In this document: positions 10,835 to 20,780 of the stretch, piece by piece
Numbering within the stretch: the stretch's first letter is position 1
Layout of the letters: the number at the start of each line of letters is the position of its first letter
DNA from: an uncultured beta proteobacterium
Lineage (GTDB): Bacteria > Pseudomonadota > Gammaproteobacteria > Burkholderiales > Casimicrobiaceae
Assembly (NCBI GenBank): GCA_963756765.1
Contig: CAVWPC010000007.1
Span: 4,821-68,820, forward strand
Direction of reading: 5' to 3'
DNA: 64,000 nt
Made by a program: the position numbers and the translations under genes
The notes under the pieces: generated by a model
The model's database searches: none
What the model was told of the DNA's origin: nothing
What the model saw: only the letters and a program-made list of their open reading frames with translations

Positions 10835-12094
10835 ATGCCCACCTACCAGCACGTCAAGGTCCCCGCCGGCGGCGACCAGATCACCGTCAACCCGGATTTC
10901 AGCATCAATGTTTCCGACCAGCCGATCATTCCCTACATCGAGGGCGACGGCACGGGGCTGGACATCACGCCGGTCATGATCAAGGTCGTCGATGCGGCGG
11001 TCGCCAAGGCCTATGGCGGCAAGCGCAAGATTCACTGGATGGAGATCTACGCCGGCGAGAAGTCGACCAAGGTCTACGGCGCGGACGTGTGGCTGCCGGA
11101 CGAGACGCTGGCTATCCTCAAGGACTATGTCGTCTCGATCAAGGGGCCGCTGACCACCCCGGTGGGCGGTGGCATCCGTTCACTGAACGTTGCCTTGCGC
11201 CAGCAGCTCGATCTGTACGTTTGCCTGCGCCCGGTGCGCTATTTCAAGGGGGTGCCGTCGCCGGTGAAGGAGCCGGAGAAGACCGACATGGTGATCTTCC
11301 GCGAAAACTCGGAGGACATCTATGCGGGCATCGAGTGGGAAGCCGGATCGGAAGGCGCCAGGAAGCTGGTCGACTTCCTGATCAAGGAGATGGGCGTCAA
11401 GAAGATCCGCTTTCCGGCGACGTCGGGGATCGGCGTCAAGCCGGTGTCGAGCGAGGGCACGCACCGGCTGGTCCGCAAAGCCATCCAGTACGCGATCGAC
11501 AACGACCGCAAGTCGATGACGCTCGTGCACAAGGGCAACATCATGAAATTCACCGAGGGGGCCTTCCGCGACTGGGGCTATGAACTCGCCCAGAAGGAAT
11601 TCGGCGCGCAGCTCCTGGACGGCGGTCCGTGGATGACCATCAAGAACCCGAAGACCGGGCGCGACATCGTGATCAAGGACGTGATCGCCGATGCGTTCCT
11701 GCAGCAGATCCTGCTGCGTCCGGCGGAGTACGACGTGATCGCCACGCTCAACCTGAACGGTGACTACGTCTCGGACGCGCTGGCCGCCCAGGTCGGCGGC
11801 ATCGGCATTGCCCCCGGCGCCAACATGTCCGATTCGGTCGCGATGTTCGAGGCCACGCACGGCACGGCACCCAAGTATGCGGGGAAGGACTATGTCAATC
11901 CCGGGTCAGAGATTCTGTCCGCGCAGATGATGCTCGTCCATATGGGTTGGAAGGAAGCCGCCCAGTGCATCGAGACCAGCCTCGAGAAGGCAATTCTCGA
12001 CAAGGTTGTGACCTACGACTTCGCCCGGCTCATGCCCGGCGCCACCCAGGTTTCGTGCTCGGGCTTCGGACAGGCGATGATCGACCGCATGTAA
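10835..12094 (+). CDS. icd: NADP-dependent isocitrate dehydrogenase
   Basis: [58 protein letters not shown]. Confidence 0.98.
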   Translation: MPTYQHVKVPAGGDQITVNPDFSINVSDQPIIPYIEGDGTGLDITPVMIKVVDAAVAKAYGGKRKIHWMEIYAGEKSTKVYGADVWLPDETLAILKDYVVSIKGPLTTPVGGGIRSLNVALRQQLDLYVCLRPVRYFKGVPSPVKEPEKTDMVIFRENSEDIYAGIEWEAGSEGARKLVDFLIKEMGVKKIRFPATSGIGVKPVSSEGTHRLVRKAIQYAIDNDRKSMTLVHKGNIMKFTEGAFRDWGYELAQKEFGAQLLDGGPWMTIKNPKTGRDIVIKDVIADAFLQQILLRPAEYDVIATLNLNGDYVSDALAAQVGGIGIAPGANMSDSVAMFEATHGTAPKYAGKDYVNPGSEILSAQMMLVHMGWKEAAQCIETSLEKAILDKVVTYDFARLMPGATQVSCSGFGQAMIDRM

Positions 12095-12122
12095 GCGGTG
12101 CAATGACCCTGCTGTCTTCATG

Positions 12123-12149
12123 GCCCGCCGTCCAGGCGGGCTTTTCTTT
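12123..12149 (+). terminator. Intrinsic terminator of icd
   Basis: GCCCGCC-gtcca-GGCGGGC followed by TTTTCTTT. Confidence 0.8.
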
Positions 12150-12203
12150 GGCGGCGACTGACCCCACATGAATCCGGCGCCGGCGCCGTTCGTCGGGTAA
12201 AGA

Positions 12204-12229
12204 CAAGGCCCGCTCGGGGGCGGGCCTTG
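12204..12229 (-). terminator. Hairpin, probable terminator of the cold-shock gene
   Basis: CAAGGCCCGC-tcgggg-GCGGGCCTTG; on the minus strand followed by TCTTT. Confidence 0.6.
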
Positions 12230-12270
12230 AAATTGCAACAGCGCCTGCAGGGCGCCGGACGTCTTGAAGA

Positions 12271-12474
12271 TCAGGCCGCCTGGATGTTCGATGCCTGCTT
12301 GCCCTTCGGGCCCTGCGTGACCTCGAAAGACACCTTCTGGCCTTCCTTGAGCGACTTGAAGCCCTGCATGTTGATCGCCGAAAAATGCGCGAACAGGTCT
12401 TCGCCACCGCCATCGGGGGTGATGAAGCCAAAGCCCTTTGCGTCGTTGAACCACTTCACGGTACCGGTTGCCAT
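12271..12474 (-). CDS. cspD: Cold-shock domain protein (CspD position, divergent from clpS)
   Basis: [18 protein letters not shown]...LFAHFSAI (RNP1/RNP2), 67 aa; symbol assigned by synteny. Confidence 0.85.
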   Translation of the reverse strand: MATGTVKWFNDAKGFGFITPDGGGEDLFAHFSAINMQGFKSLKEGQKVSFEVTQGPKGKQASNIQAA

Positions 12475-12712
12475 ACTGCGTGATCCTTTAAGATGAGAAC
12501 GGGATGCTTGCCTGGCGCGTCCAAGGTGCCGTCGCGGTCGCCGATGGTCTTTAGGCCGCAGATGACCCGCCGGCAGCGCCAAACACCGGCTTTCTACGCG
12601 CTTTGTTCCCTGAGCGTCAAGCGGGGAGCGGCACGCCGGGCTGTCCTCTTGAAAAAACTGTTGCAATCATCAAACATTGACCCCAATTAGACCTGGAGTA
12701 TCGTGACAGGAC

Positions 12713-13021
12713 ATGAGCAATCAGGAACAGCGCGGCGTCGTCCTCGAAGCCGAGAAGGCCAAAGTCAAGCCGCCACCGCTGTACAAGGTCATGTTGCTCA
12801 ATGACGACTACACGCCGATGGACTTCGTCGTCGTGGTCCTGCAAACTGTGTTTGCCATGACACGCGAAAAGGCCACGCAGGTAATGCTTCAGGTTCATCG
12901 CGAAGGCATGGGCGTATGCGGCACCTACACGCGCGAGGTCGCCGCAGCGAAGGTCGAACAAGTGGTCAACATTGCGCGCAAGCACCAGCACCCGCTGCAG
13001 TGCACGATGGAGGAGACGTAG
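12713..13021 (+). CDS. clpS: ClpAP adaptor protein
   Basis: [17 protein letters not shown]...MLQVHREG...HPLQCTME. Confidence 0.97.
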   Translation: MSNQEQRGVVLEAEKAKVKPPPLYKVMLLNDDYTPMDFVVVVLQTVFAMTREKATQVMLQVHREGMGVCGTYTREVAAAKVEQVVNIARKHQHPLQCTMEET

Positions 13022-13077
13022 GTTTTAGTCGCGCGAACGGGAAGGTCCCGTACGGGCGCACCTCAAGAGGAAGTTCG

Positions 13078-15345
13078 ATGATCGCGCAGGAATTGGAAGT
13101 CTCCCTCCACATGGCTTTTGTCGAGGCCAGGCAGAAACAGCACGAGTTCATAACAGTCGAACATCTGCTGCTGGCAATGCTCGACAATCCGTCGGCAGCC
13201 GAGGTCCTCAAGGCCTGCGGTGTTGACCTCGATGAGTTGCGCGGCGTCCTCGCCGACTTCATCCAGGAGCACACGCCGCGCCTCGCGCCGCATTCCGACG
13301 CCGATACGCAGCCGACCCAGGGGTTCCAGCGCGTGATCCAGCGCGCGATCCTGCACGTCCAGTCGTCAGGCAAGAAGGAAGTCACCGGCGCCAACGTGCT
13401 GGTCGCGATCTTCGGCGAAAAGGAATCGCACGCCGTCTACTTCCTCAACCAGCGGGGCGTCACGCGCCTCGATGTCGTCAATTACATCGCGCACGGCATC
13501 ACCAAGACCCCGCAACAGAAGCAGGACAAGCAGGAAGCCAAGGGCGACGACGACGGGGGCAACGAGGCGCAGGGCGCGCTCGACGCGTACACGCTGAACC
13601 TCAATGCCATGGCCAAGGCGGGCAAGATCGATCCGCTGATCGGCCGCGCGCACGAGCTCGAGCGGGTGATCCAGGTGCTGTGCCGCCGGCGCAAGAACAA
13701 TCCGCTGCTGGTCGGCGAAGCCGGCGTCGGCAAGACCGCCATCGCGGAGGGGCTCGCGCGGCGGATCAACGAAGGCGACGTTCCGGAACTCCTGAAGGAA
13801 TACCAGGTGTTCTCGCTCGACATGGGCGCGCTGCTGGCTGGCACCAAGTATCGCGGCGATTTCGAACAGCGCCTGAAGGCGGTGCTGAAGCAGCTGGCCG
13901 ACAGCCCGAAGTCGATCCTGTTCATCGACGAGATCCACACGATCATCGGCGCGGGTGCCGCGTCGGGCGGCACGCTCGACGCGTCCAACCTCCTCAAGCC
14001 GGCGTTGTCCACGGGTGCGCTGAAGTGCATCGGCGCCACCACGTACAACGAATTCCGGCAGATCTTCGAGAAGGATCACGCGCTCTCCCGGCGCTTCCAG
14101 AAGGTGGACGTGCCTGAGCCGTCGATCCCGGAAACCATCGAGATCCTGAAGGGGCTCAAGACGCGCTTCGAGCAGCATCACGGCGTCAAGTACGCGCCCG
14201 CCGCGCTGACCAGCGCGGCCGAGCTCGCTGCGCGGTTCATCAACGACCGGCACCTCCCCGACAAGGCGATCGACGTCATCGACGAGGCGGGTGCCGCGCA
14301 GAAGATCCTGCCCAAGTCGCGGCAGAAGAAAGTGATCGGCAAGACCGAAGTCGAGGAGATCGTCGCCAAGATCGCGCGGATCCCGGCCAAGAACGTCACC
14401 TCCGACGATCGCAATGCGCTGAGGACGCTCGATCGCGATCTGCGCAACGTCGTGTTCGGGCAGAACAAGGCGATCGACGCGCTGGTGTCCGCCATCCGCA
14501 TGGCGCGCTCGGGGCTGGGCAATCCACGCAAGCCGATCGGCAATTTCCTGTTCTCGGGTCCCACCGGCGTCGGCAAGACCGAGGTCGCGCGGCAGCTTGC
14601 GTACTGCCTCGGCGTCGAACTCATTCGCTTCGACATGTCGGAATACATGGAGCGGCACGCGGTGTCACGGTTGATCGGCGCACCGCCGGGCTACGTGGGT
14701 TTCGACCAGGGTGGGCAGTTGACCGAAGCCATCACCAAGCATCCGTACAGCGTGGTGCTGCTGGATGAAATCGAGAAGGCGCATCCGGATATCTTCAACA
14801 TCCTGCTGCAGGTTATGGACCATGGCACGCTGACGGACAACAACGGCCGCAAGGCGGATTTCCGCAACGTGATCATCATCATGACCACCAATGCGGGGGC
14901 CGCCGAGTTGTCGAAGGCCACGATGGGCTTTACGCAGACCAAGGCCGCCGGCGACGAGATGGCCGAGATCAAGCGCATTTTTACGCCGGAATTCCGCAAT
15001 CGGCTGGACGCGACGATCTCCTTTGCCTCGCTCGATCACGACACGATTCTGCGCGTGGTCGACAAATTCCTGCTCGAGCTCGAGAACCAGTTGCACGAGC
15101 GAAAGGTGGAGGCGTCATTCACGCCGCGGCTCAAGGAATTCCTGGCGAAGAAAGGCTTCGATCCGCAGATGGGCGCGCGCCCGATGGCACGGCTCATCCA
15201 GGACACGATCCGCAAGGCGCTGGCCGAGGAGCTCTTGTTCGGTCACCTCGCGTCGGGTGGCAAGGTCACGATCGACATGGACGACGAGGAGAACGTCAAG
15301 CTCGTGTTCGAGGAAGCGCCGAAGGAAGCGGAGCCCGTCGTCTGA
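13078..15345 (+). CDS. clpA: ATP-dependent Clp protease ATP-binding subunit
   Basis: MIAQELEVSLH, HEFITVEHLLL, two AAA+ modules (GEAGVGKT, GPTGVGKT); SD-like GAGGA upstream. Confidence 0.98.
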   Translation: MIAQELEVSLHMAFVEARQKQHEFITVEHLLLAMLDNPSAAEVLKACGVDLDELRGVLADFIQEHTPRLAPHSDADTQPTQGFQRVIQRAILHVQSSGKKEVTGANVLVAIFGEKESHAVYFLNQRGVTRLDVVNYIAHGITKTPQQKQDKQEAKGDDDGGNEAQGALDAYTLNLNAMAKAGKIDPLIGRAHELERVIQVLCRRRKNNPLLVGEAGVGKTAIAEGLARRINEGDVPELLKEYQVFSLDMGALLAGTKYRGDFEQRLKAVLKQLADSPKSILFIDEIHTIIGAGAASGGTLDASNLLKPALSTGALKCIGATTYNEFRQIFEKDHALSRRFQKVDVPEPSIPETIEILKGLKTRFEQHHGVKYAPAALTSAAELAARFINDRHLPDKAIDVIDEAGAAQKILPKSRQKKVIGKTEVEEIVAKIARIPAKNVTSDDRNALRTLDRDLRNVVFGQNKAIDALVSAIRMARSGLGNPRKPIGNFLFSGPTGVGKTEVARQLAYCLGVELIRFDMSEYMERHAVSRLIGAPPGYVGFDQGGQLTEAITKHPYSVVLLDEIEKAHPDIFNILLQVMDHGTLTDNNGRKADFRNVIIIMTTNAGAAELSKATMGFTQTKAAGDEMAEIKRIFTPEFRNRLDATISFASLDHDTILRVVDKFLLELENQLHERKVEASFTPRLKEFLAKKGFDPQMGARPMARLIQDTIRKALAEELLFGHLASGGKVTIDMDDEENVKLVFEEAPKEAEPVV

Positions 15346-15397
15346 GCGCAGTGATCCATCGCCACGCGATCCGTGGCGGCAGTCGTACGCAGTAGTA

Positions 15398-15429
15398 CGA
15401 ACGGCGCCTCCACGGCGCCGTTCGATTTT
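15398..15429 (+). terminator. Probable terminator between convergent clpA and fccB
   Basis: CGAACGGCGCC-tccac-GGCGCCGTTCG then ATTTT. Confidence 0.65.
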
Positions 15430-15485
15430 CCGACGCCCGAATCGCCCGGAGGTCGCGAACACAGGACGCGCAGGCTTCGCTGCGG

Positions 15486-16793
15486 CTAGCTCAGGGCGTC
15501 GGCCCAGATGTTCTTCGCCCACGCGAACGCGTAGCGGCCCTCGACTGCGGACGGTGCCGGCGAAAGCCCGCCTGCGCCGGGGACAGGCAGAAAGGTCCGC
15601 TTCTCCCGGTCGTACTGATGCACCGAATTGACGTGCACCGAGTCCGCGTCGGTGATGAAGCTGTAGCAATTGTTGTTGATCACCGGCGCCGGATTGGGTG
15701 ACAGGCCGGCAAATGCGTTGAGGATGGCCGCGGCCGCCACCTTGGCATGCTGATTGGCCATATGGCCGGACTTGGGCATCACGGGCGCCACCTGAATTGC
15801 GTCGCCAAGAACGTGCACGCGCGGAACCTTGATCGACTCGAAGCTCAGGAAATCGACTTCGCACCACCGGTTGTTGGCGGTGATCACCCCGGCCTGCGCG
15901 GCAATGGCGCCCGCGCGCTGCGGCGGAATCACGTTGAGTACGTCGGCGCGCTCGTCCTCGGCCGTTTCGAACTTCGCCGTGAGCGTGCCGACATCCACGC
16001 CGGTCAGCGTGTAGTTGGGCCGGTACTCGACAATGCCCTTGTAGTCTTCGCTCCAGGCTTTCATGAACAGCCCCTTCTTCGACACCACGTCCTCGTTGCC
16101 GTCGAGGATGAGCACCTTGCTCCGGGGCTTCGCACGCTTGAAATACCACGCGACCTGGCACGCGCGTTCGTACGGTCCCGGGGGGCAGCGAAAGGGCGCA
16201 CGCGGAATCGAGATCACGAAAACACCGCCGTCGCGCATCGCCACCAGCTGCTCGCGCAGCGCGACCGTCTGCGGCCCCGCTTTCCACGCATGCAGCACGC
16301 GCGACTGTGCGGCAGCACTCCCCATGCCTTCCACCTGGTCGTACAGCAGGTCGACGCCCGGCGACAGGACTAGGCGATCGAAGGGCAATTGCTGTTGCGT
16401 ACCGAGGCGCACGATACCGCGTTCATGGTCGACCGCCGTCGCCGTGGCGCCGATCACCCGTACTCCGCGCTTGCGCAGCCCTTCGTAGCTCACCGTGATG
16501 TCCGCCAGCGTTCTGGAACCGCCGATCACCAGGTTCGACAGCGGACAGGACACGAAGGCCGCATCGGCTTCGACCAGGGTCACATCGAGCTTGCCGTCAC
16601 TCCACAAATTGAGATACCGCGCGACGGTCGCCCCGCCATAGCCACCCCCGACGACCACCACGCGGGGGCCCGCGGGCGACGACGTGGCCGCGCAACCCGC
16701 GAGGCCGGTCATGGCGAACCCAGCCGCCCCGAGCGCCTTGACCCACCGTCGCCGCTGCGGTGATGCCGGGAACGCCTCGTGCTTCATGCTCAT
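15486..16793 (-). CDS. fccB: Flavocytochrome c sulfide dehydrogenase flavoprotein subunit (FccB/SoxF)
   Basis: Twin-arginine signal RRRWVK, VVVGGGYGG, SCPLSNLV, RCPPGPYERA, MPKSGHMAN, NNCYS; ATGA overlap with the cytochrome gene. Confidence 0.9.
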   Translation of the reverse strand: MSMKHEAFPASPQRRRWVKALGAAGFAMTGLAGCAATSSPAGPRVVVVGGGYGGATVARYLNLWSDGKLDVTLVEADAAFVSCPLSNLVIGGSRTLADITVSYEGLRKRGVRVIGATATAVDHERGIVRLGTQQQLPFDRLVLSPGVDLLYDQVEGMGSAAAQSRVLHAWKAGPQTVALREQLVAMRDGGVFVISIPRAPFRCPPGPYERACQVAWYFKRAKPRSKVLILDGNEDVVSKKGLFMKAWSEDYKGIVEYRPNYTLTGVDVGTLTAKFETAEDERADVLNVIPPQRAGAIAAQAGVITANNRWCEVDFLSFESIKVPRVHVLGDAIQVAPVMPKSGHMANQHAKVAAAAILNAFAGLSPNPAPVINNNCYSFITDADSVHVNSVHQYDREKRTFLPVPGAGGLSPAPSAVEGRYAFAWAKNIWADALS

Positions 16794-17098
16794 GGCTTTT
16801 GCGCGGCGAACCACGTCGCGGCGAGGTCGATCTGTTCGTCCGTATAGCCTTTGGCCAACTGTTGCATGACCGTAGCCGGCGCGCGGCCGGCCTTGAATTC
16901 CTGCATCTTGCGCACGAGTTCCTCCTTGCTCCGGCCGGCCAAGGCAGGCATGTCGCCTTGCGCGACGCCCTTAGGCCCATGGCATCCCGCGCAGGAAGCT
17001 GCGACGGCACGCGCCTGGTTGGGGTCGGTCGCCTGCGCCGCAACACCACCCCCTGAAGCGAGCAGGAAGCACAGCGCGAAAGCGTTACGCAATTGCAT
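16790..17098 (-). CDS. fccA: Monoheme cytochrome c subunit (FccA-like)
   Basis: Signal peptide, single CAGCH heme motif, ATVMQQLAKGY distal Met. Confidence 0.85.
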   Translation of the reverse strand: MQLRNAFALCFLLASGGGVAAQATDPNQARAVAASCAGCHGPKGVAQGDMPALAGRSKEELVRKMQEFKAGRAPATVMQQLAKGYTDEQIDLAATWFAAQKP

Positions 17099-17269
17099 AT
17101 GGGCCTTTCATGGCGCCGATTGTCGCGGCGACGTCCGTGGTCATGCCCGCATAGGATAGCGCCGCTCCTCGTACGCGCACGATAGTGAATCCTGTAGGGA
17201 ACTGACGAAAATGGAAATCATGTCCGCGGCGTGGAAACTAACATCCAGCACACGACCTCCCACGGGTTC

Positions 17270-17440
17270 AGGGAAAAAACATGCAAAAACATATATATAA
17301 AGAAAATGGTAGAAAACGTCGATAGAGGTCTTGTATAAGATATCAATGCTTTGCACCATATTCAAGCAAGAACGGCACGTACACATTTCCGTATAGTGGA
17401 AATAGTTTTTAAACCATTGATTTATAATCATAAAAAACTG
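17270..17440. promoter_or_regulatory. AT-rich control region between divergent fccA and aceA, with two IHF-consensus sites and two palindromes
   Basis: TATCAATGCTTTG (17341-17353, +) and AATCAATGGTTTA (17422-17410, -) match WATCAANNNNTTR; GTCTTGTATAAGAT at 17328-17341; ATTTCC-N7-GGAAAT at 17385-17403. Confidence 0.65.
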
Positions 17441-17747
17441 CTGCATCGCGCCATTTTGCTTGCCACGGGCTCGATCCCTTGCTAAGGTAAAGACAGTCAC
17501 GCGTTGGTCCCGGCCACTGAAGGTTTCGGTTCGCGGCGAACGACAAGGGCAAAGGACGCATGTTCATCCCATCCTTTGACCCACGATCGGACGAGCGATC
17601 CTCGTGCGGTCCGTGCCATGAAGGAAGCGGCGATCGCGGAGGCGATCGCCGGTGATCACCAGCAGGGCGACGCGGCGAGCCGCAGCGCCCAGAGAGACCA
17701 CCGAGCCGGTGCGCGCAACGCCTGGCAACGACAAGGGGAGTGCACAA

Positions 17748-19061
17748 ATGAACTACGACCTGGAAGCGGCAAGACTCAAAAAGGACTGGGCGGAAAATCC
17801 GCGCTGGAAGGGCATACAGCGCGGCTACTCGGCGGAGGATGTCGTGCGGTTGCGCGGCTCGGTGCATATCGAGCAGACCCTCGCGCGCCGGGGCGCCGAA
17901 AAATTGTGGAAGCTGGTCACCGAGGAACCGTTCGTCAACACACTCGGTGCCATGACCGGCAATCAGGCGCTGCAACAGGTGAAGGCGGGGCTCAAGGCGA
18001 TTTACCTGTCCGGCTGGCAGGTTGCGGCGGATGCCAACGTCGCCGGTGAAATGTATCCGGATCAATCGCTGTACCCGGTCAACTCGGTGCCGGCAGTCGT
18101 CAAGCGCATCAACAATACGTTCGCCCGCGCTGACCAGATCCAGCACATGGAAGGCACCGGCGACATCGACTTTTTCGCGCCGATCGTGGCCGACGCCGAA
18201 GCGGGCTTCGGTGGCGTATTGAACGCCTTCGAACTGATGAAGGCGATGATCGAGGCGGGTGCCGCCGGCGTGCATTTCGAGGACCAGCTCGCGTCGGTGA
18301 AAAAATGCGGGCACATGGGCGGCAAGGTGCTGGTCCCGACGCGCGAAGCCGTGGACAAGCTGATCGCCGCCCGGCTGGCCGCCGATTGCATGGGGGTGCC
18401 GACCCTCATCCTCGCGCGCACCGATGCGGAAGCGGCGGACCTGGTCACGTCGGACATCGACGCCAACGACCAGCCGTTCTTCACTGGAGAGCGGACGGTC
18501 GAAGGGTTCTACAAGACCCGCAACGGGCTTGACCAGGCAGTATCGCGCGGTTTGGCCTACGCGCCGTACGCGGACATGATCTGGTGCGAAACGGGCAAGC
18601 CCGATCTGGAATTCGCGCGGGCGTTCGCCGACGCGATCCACGCCAGGTTCCCGGACAAGATGCTGGCCTACAACTGTTCGCCCTCGTTCAACTGGAAGAA
18701 AAACCTCGATGACGCCACGGTTGCCCGGTTCCAGCGCGAACTCGGCGCCATGGGCTACAAGTTCCAGTTCATTACGCTGGCGGGGTTCCACAGCCTCAAC
18801 TATTCGATGTTCAACCTGGCCCACGGGTATGCCCGCAGCCATATGACCGCGTTCGTGGAAATGCAGGAGGCGGAATTCGCGGCGGCGCCCAAGGGCTTCA
18901 CGGCGATCAAGCACCAGCGCGAAGTGGGTACTGGCTATTTCGATGCCGTGACCCAGACGGTGCAGGGCAGCCAGTCGTCGACGACGGCTCTCAAGGGGTC
19001 GACCGAGGACGAACAATTCTTCGACAAGCCGAAGGCCGATCTGCACGTGGCCCACGGCTGA
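17748..19061 (+). CDS. aceA: Isocitrate lyase
   Basis: [20 protein letters not shown], catalytic [26 protein letters not shown]; SD GGGGAG. Confidence 0.98.
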   Translation: MNYDLEAARLKKDWAENPRWKGIQRGYSAEDVVRLRGSVHIEQTLARRGAEKLWKLVTEEPFVNTLGAMTGNQALQQVKAGLKAIYLSGWQVAADANVAGEMYPDQSLYPVNSVPAVVKRINNTFARADQIQHMEGTGDIDFFAPIVADAEAGFGGVLNAFELMKAMIEAGAAGVHFEDQLASVKKCGHMGGKVLVPTREAVDKLIAARLAADCMGVPTLILARTDAEAADLVTSDIDANDQPFFTGERTVEGFYKTRNGLDQAVSRGLAYAPYADMIWCETGKPDLEFARAFADAIHARFPDKMLAYNCSPSFNWKKNLDDATVARFQRELGAMGYKFQFITLAGFHSLNYSMFNLAHGYARSHMTAFVEMQEAEFAAAPKGFTAIKHQREVGTGYFDAVTQTVQGSQSSTTALKGSTEDEQFFDKPKADLHVAHG

Positions 19062-19081
19062 CGTTACCGACGGGTCGCGCC

Positions 19082-19119
19082 AGCGCCGTTCCGGCAACCG
19101 CCGGGCGGCGCTTTTTGTT
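19082..19119 (+). terminator. Intrinsic terminator of aceA
   Basis: AGCGCCGTTCCGGC-aacc-GCCGGGCGGCGCT then TTTTGTT. Confidence 0.8.
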
Positions 19120-19209
19120 GTCCAGCTGTGGCGGCAGGGCGCGTCCAATCGTGCACGACGAGCGGGCCGCGGCGCGAACCCTTCGCGCCAACCGTGGTCG
19201 GACTACAGC

Positions 19210-19799
19210 ATGAACAGTCCTGTCTTTCTTGCCCAACCGCATGCACCGGAGCAGCAGGGCCGCGCCGGCGGCGCGCTCGTCCGCGCGTTCTACGCGCTGG
19301 TCCCGGACGAACCAGTACGGCTCGCCCTGACCGGCCTTGCCCGCGATGTTGCACGTCGATCGCGCGGCCGGATGGTCAATGGCGAGCACATCCACCTGAC
19401 GCTCGCGTTCCTCGGCGATGTCGCCGAATCGGAGATTGCGGCGCTGCGGGCGGTCGGTACGGCCGCACCCCGCGAAGGCGCCGTACTGGAATTCGATACG
19501 CTGGGCGCCTGGCGCGCCTCCGGCGTGGCGTGGATCGCGCCTTCGGCGACGCCACCGCCATTGCTCGCGCTGCACGCGGCGCTGGGCAACGCCCTGGAGG
19601 CCGCGGGCTTCGCGCTCGATGCCCGTGCCTTCCGCCCGCACGTCACGCTGGCCCGGCGCTGCGTGCAGCCGTTGCCACGGACGCGCTGTCCTGCCATTCG
19701 CTGGCGGGTCGATCGGCTCACCTGATTGGTTCCGAGCTGCTGCCGGAGGGGCCAATTTATCGCACGCTGGCCGAGTGGCCGCTGGCCATCGCGGCATAG
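19210..19799 (+). CDS. thpR: RNA 2',3'-cyclic phosphodiesterase (2H family), apparent 1-nt deletion near 19720
   Basis: Two HxT motifs (HLTLAFLG, FRPHVTLAR); the expected C-terminus LIGSELLPEGPIYRTLAEWPL is in the -1 frame and ends at 19799. Confidence 0.85.
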
Positions 19800-19861
19800 A
19801 GCGAGCGCCCAAGATTCGCGCGCGTCCGCCGCCGGCGGGCGGGCACACGGTGCGGGTCAGG

Positions 19862-20725
19862 TCACTTCGAGGCTGGGGCGATCTTTGCCACGGGGCGCGC
19901 AGGATCGGCGCACCATTCGCTCCACGAACCCGGATACAGGCGCGTTCCGTCGAGTCCGGCGACCTCCATGGCGAGGAGGTTGTGGCAGGCGGTGACGCCG
20001 GAGCCGCACTGGTGCACGACAAGGTCGTGACCGGCACCGTCGAGCAATGCACGGAACTCGGAACGCAGCGTGGCGGGATCCTTGAAGGTCCCGTCGGCGC
20101 CCAGGTTCAGCGTGTAGGGCCGGTTGCGCGCACCCGGGATGTGCCCCGCGACCGGATCGAGCGGCTCCGTTTCGCCGCGAAAACGCTCGGGGGCGCGCGC
20201 ATCGACCAGCAGCAGCGCGTGGCGCGGGAGGCTTGCCATGACACCGGAGGCGTCGACGGTGGGTGTGACGTGGCGGATCGCGAATCCGGCGGCGGTGCGG
20301 CGCGGGGCCTCAGTGCCCGCGACCACCGCGCGGCCCTCCTTCTTCCACTTGGCGAAGCCTCCATCGAGCACGGCCACGGCCTCGTGCCCAAGCCAACGCA
20401 GCATCCACCACAGGCGTGCGGCGAACATGCCGGGACCCTGGTCGTAGGCGACGACCTGCGATGTGGCGCCGATACCCAGGCGAGCGAACGTCGCCGCCGC
20501 CTCTTCCGGCGACGGCAGCGGATGCCTGCCGTTGCGTCCCGTTTTGGGCCCGGACAGATCGCGATCCAAATGGACGAACACCGCGCCCGGGACGTGCGCG
20601 TCCAGGTACTGCGCCTGACCCCAGCTGTCGGCGCGCGCCAGGTCGTGACGCACGTCACAGATGACGAGATCGGGCGTGCCCAGACGGCTCGCCAGTGCGT
20701 CCGTAGAGATCAGCGTGTCGGCCAT
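19862..20725 (-). CDS. sseA: Tandem rhodanese sulfurtransferase (3-mercaptopyruvate type)
   Basis: HVPGAVF, GRHPLP, AARLWW, DARAPERFRG, active loop CGSGVTA, LYPGSWSEW. Confidence 0.88.
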   Translation of the reverse strand: MADTLISTDALASRLGTPDLVICDVRHDLARADSWGQAQYLDAHVPGAVFVHLDRDLSGPKTGRNGRHPLPSPEEAAATFARLGIGATSQVVAYDQGPGMFAARLWWMLRWLGHEAVAVLDGGFAKWKKEGRAVVAGTEAPRRTAAGFAIRHVTPTVDASGVMASLPRHALLLVDARAPERFRGETEPLDPVAGHIPGARNRPYTLNLGADGTFKDPATLRSEFRALLDGAGHDLVVHQCGSGVTACHNLLAMEVAGLDGTRLYPGSWSEWCADPARPVAKIAPASK

Positions 20726-20780
20726 GCGATGCCCGAAGTGTCGGCGGGAGGCGCGCAGTGCCCAAAGTGCGGGCGCCGCG

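Noticed and set aside
12186-12194. Exact AlgR-like CCGTTCGTC site
   Set aside because: Single copy between two convergent terminators; likely chance in GC-rich DNA.
17141-17500. 119-aa ORF in the AT-rich region, or a horizontally acquired fragment
   Set aside because: Atypical codon usage, no motif, no mobility genes or flanking repeats; better explained as regulatory DNA.
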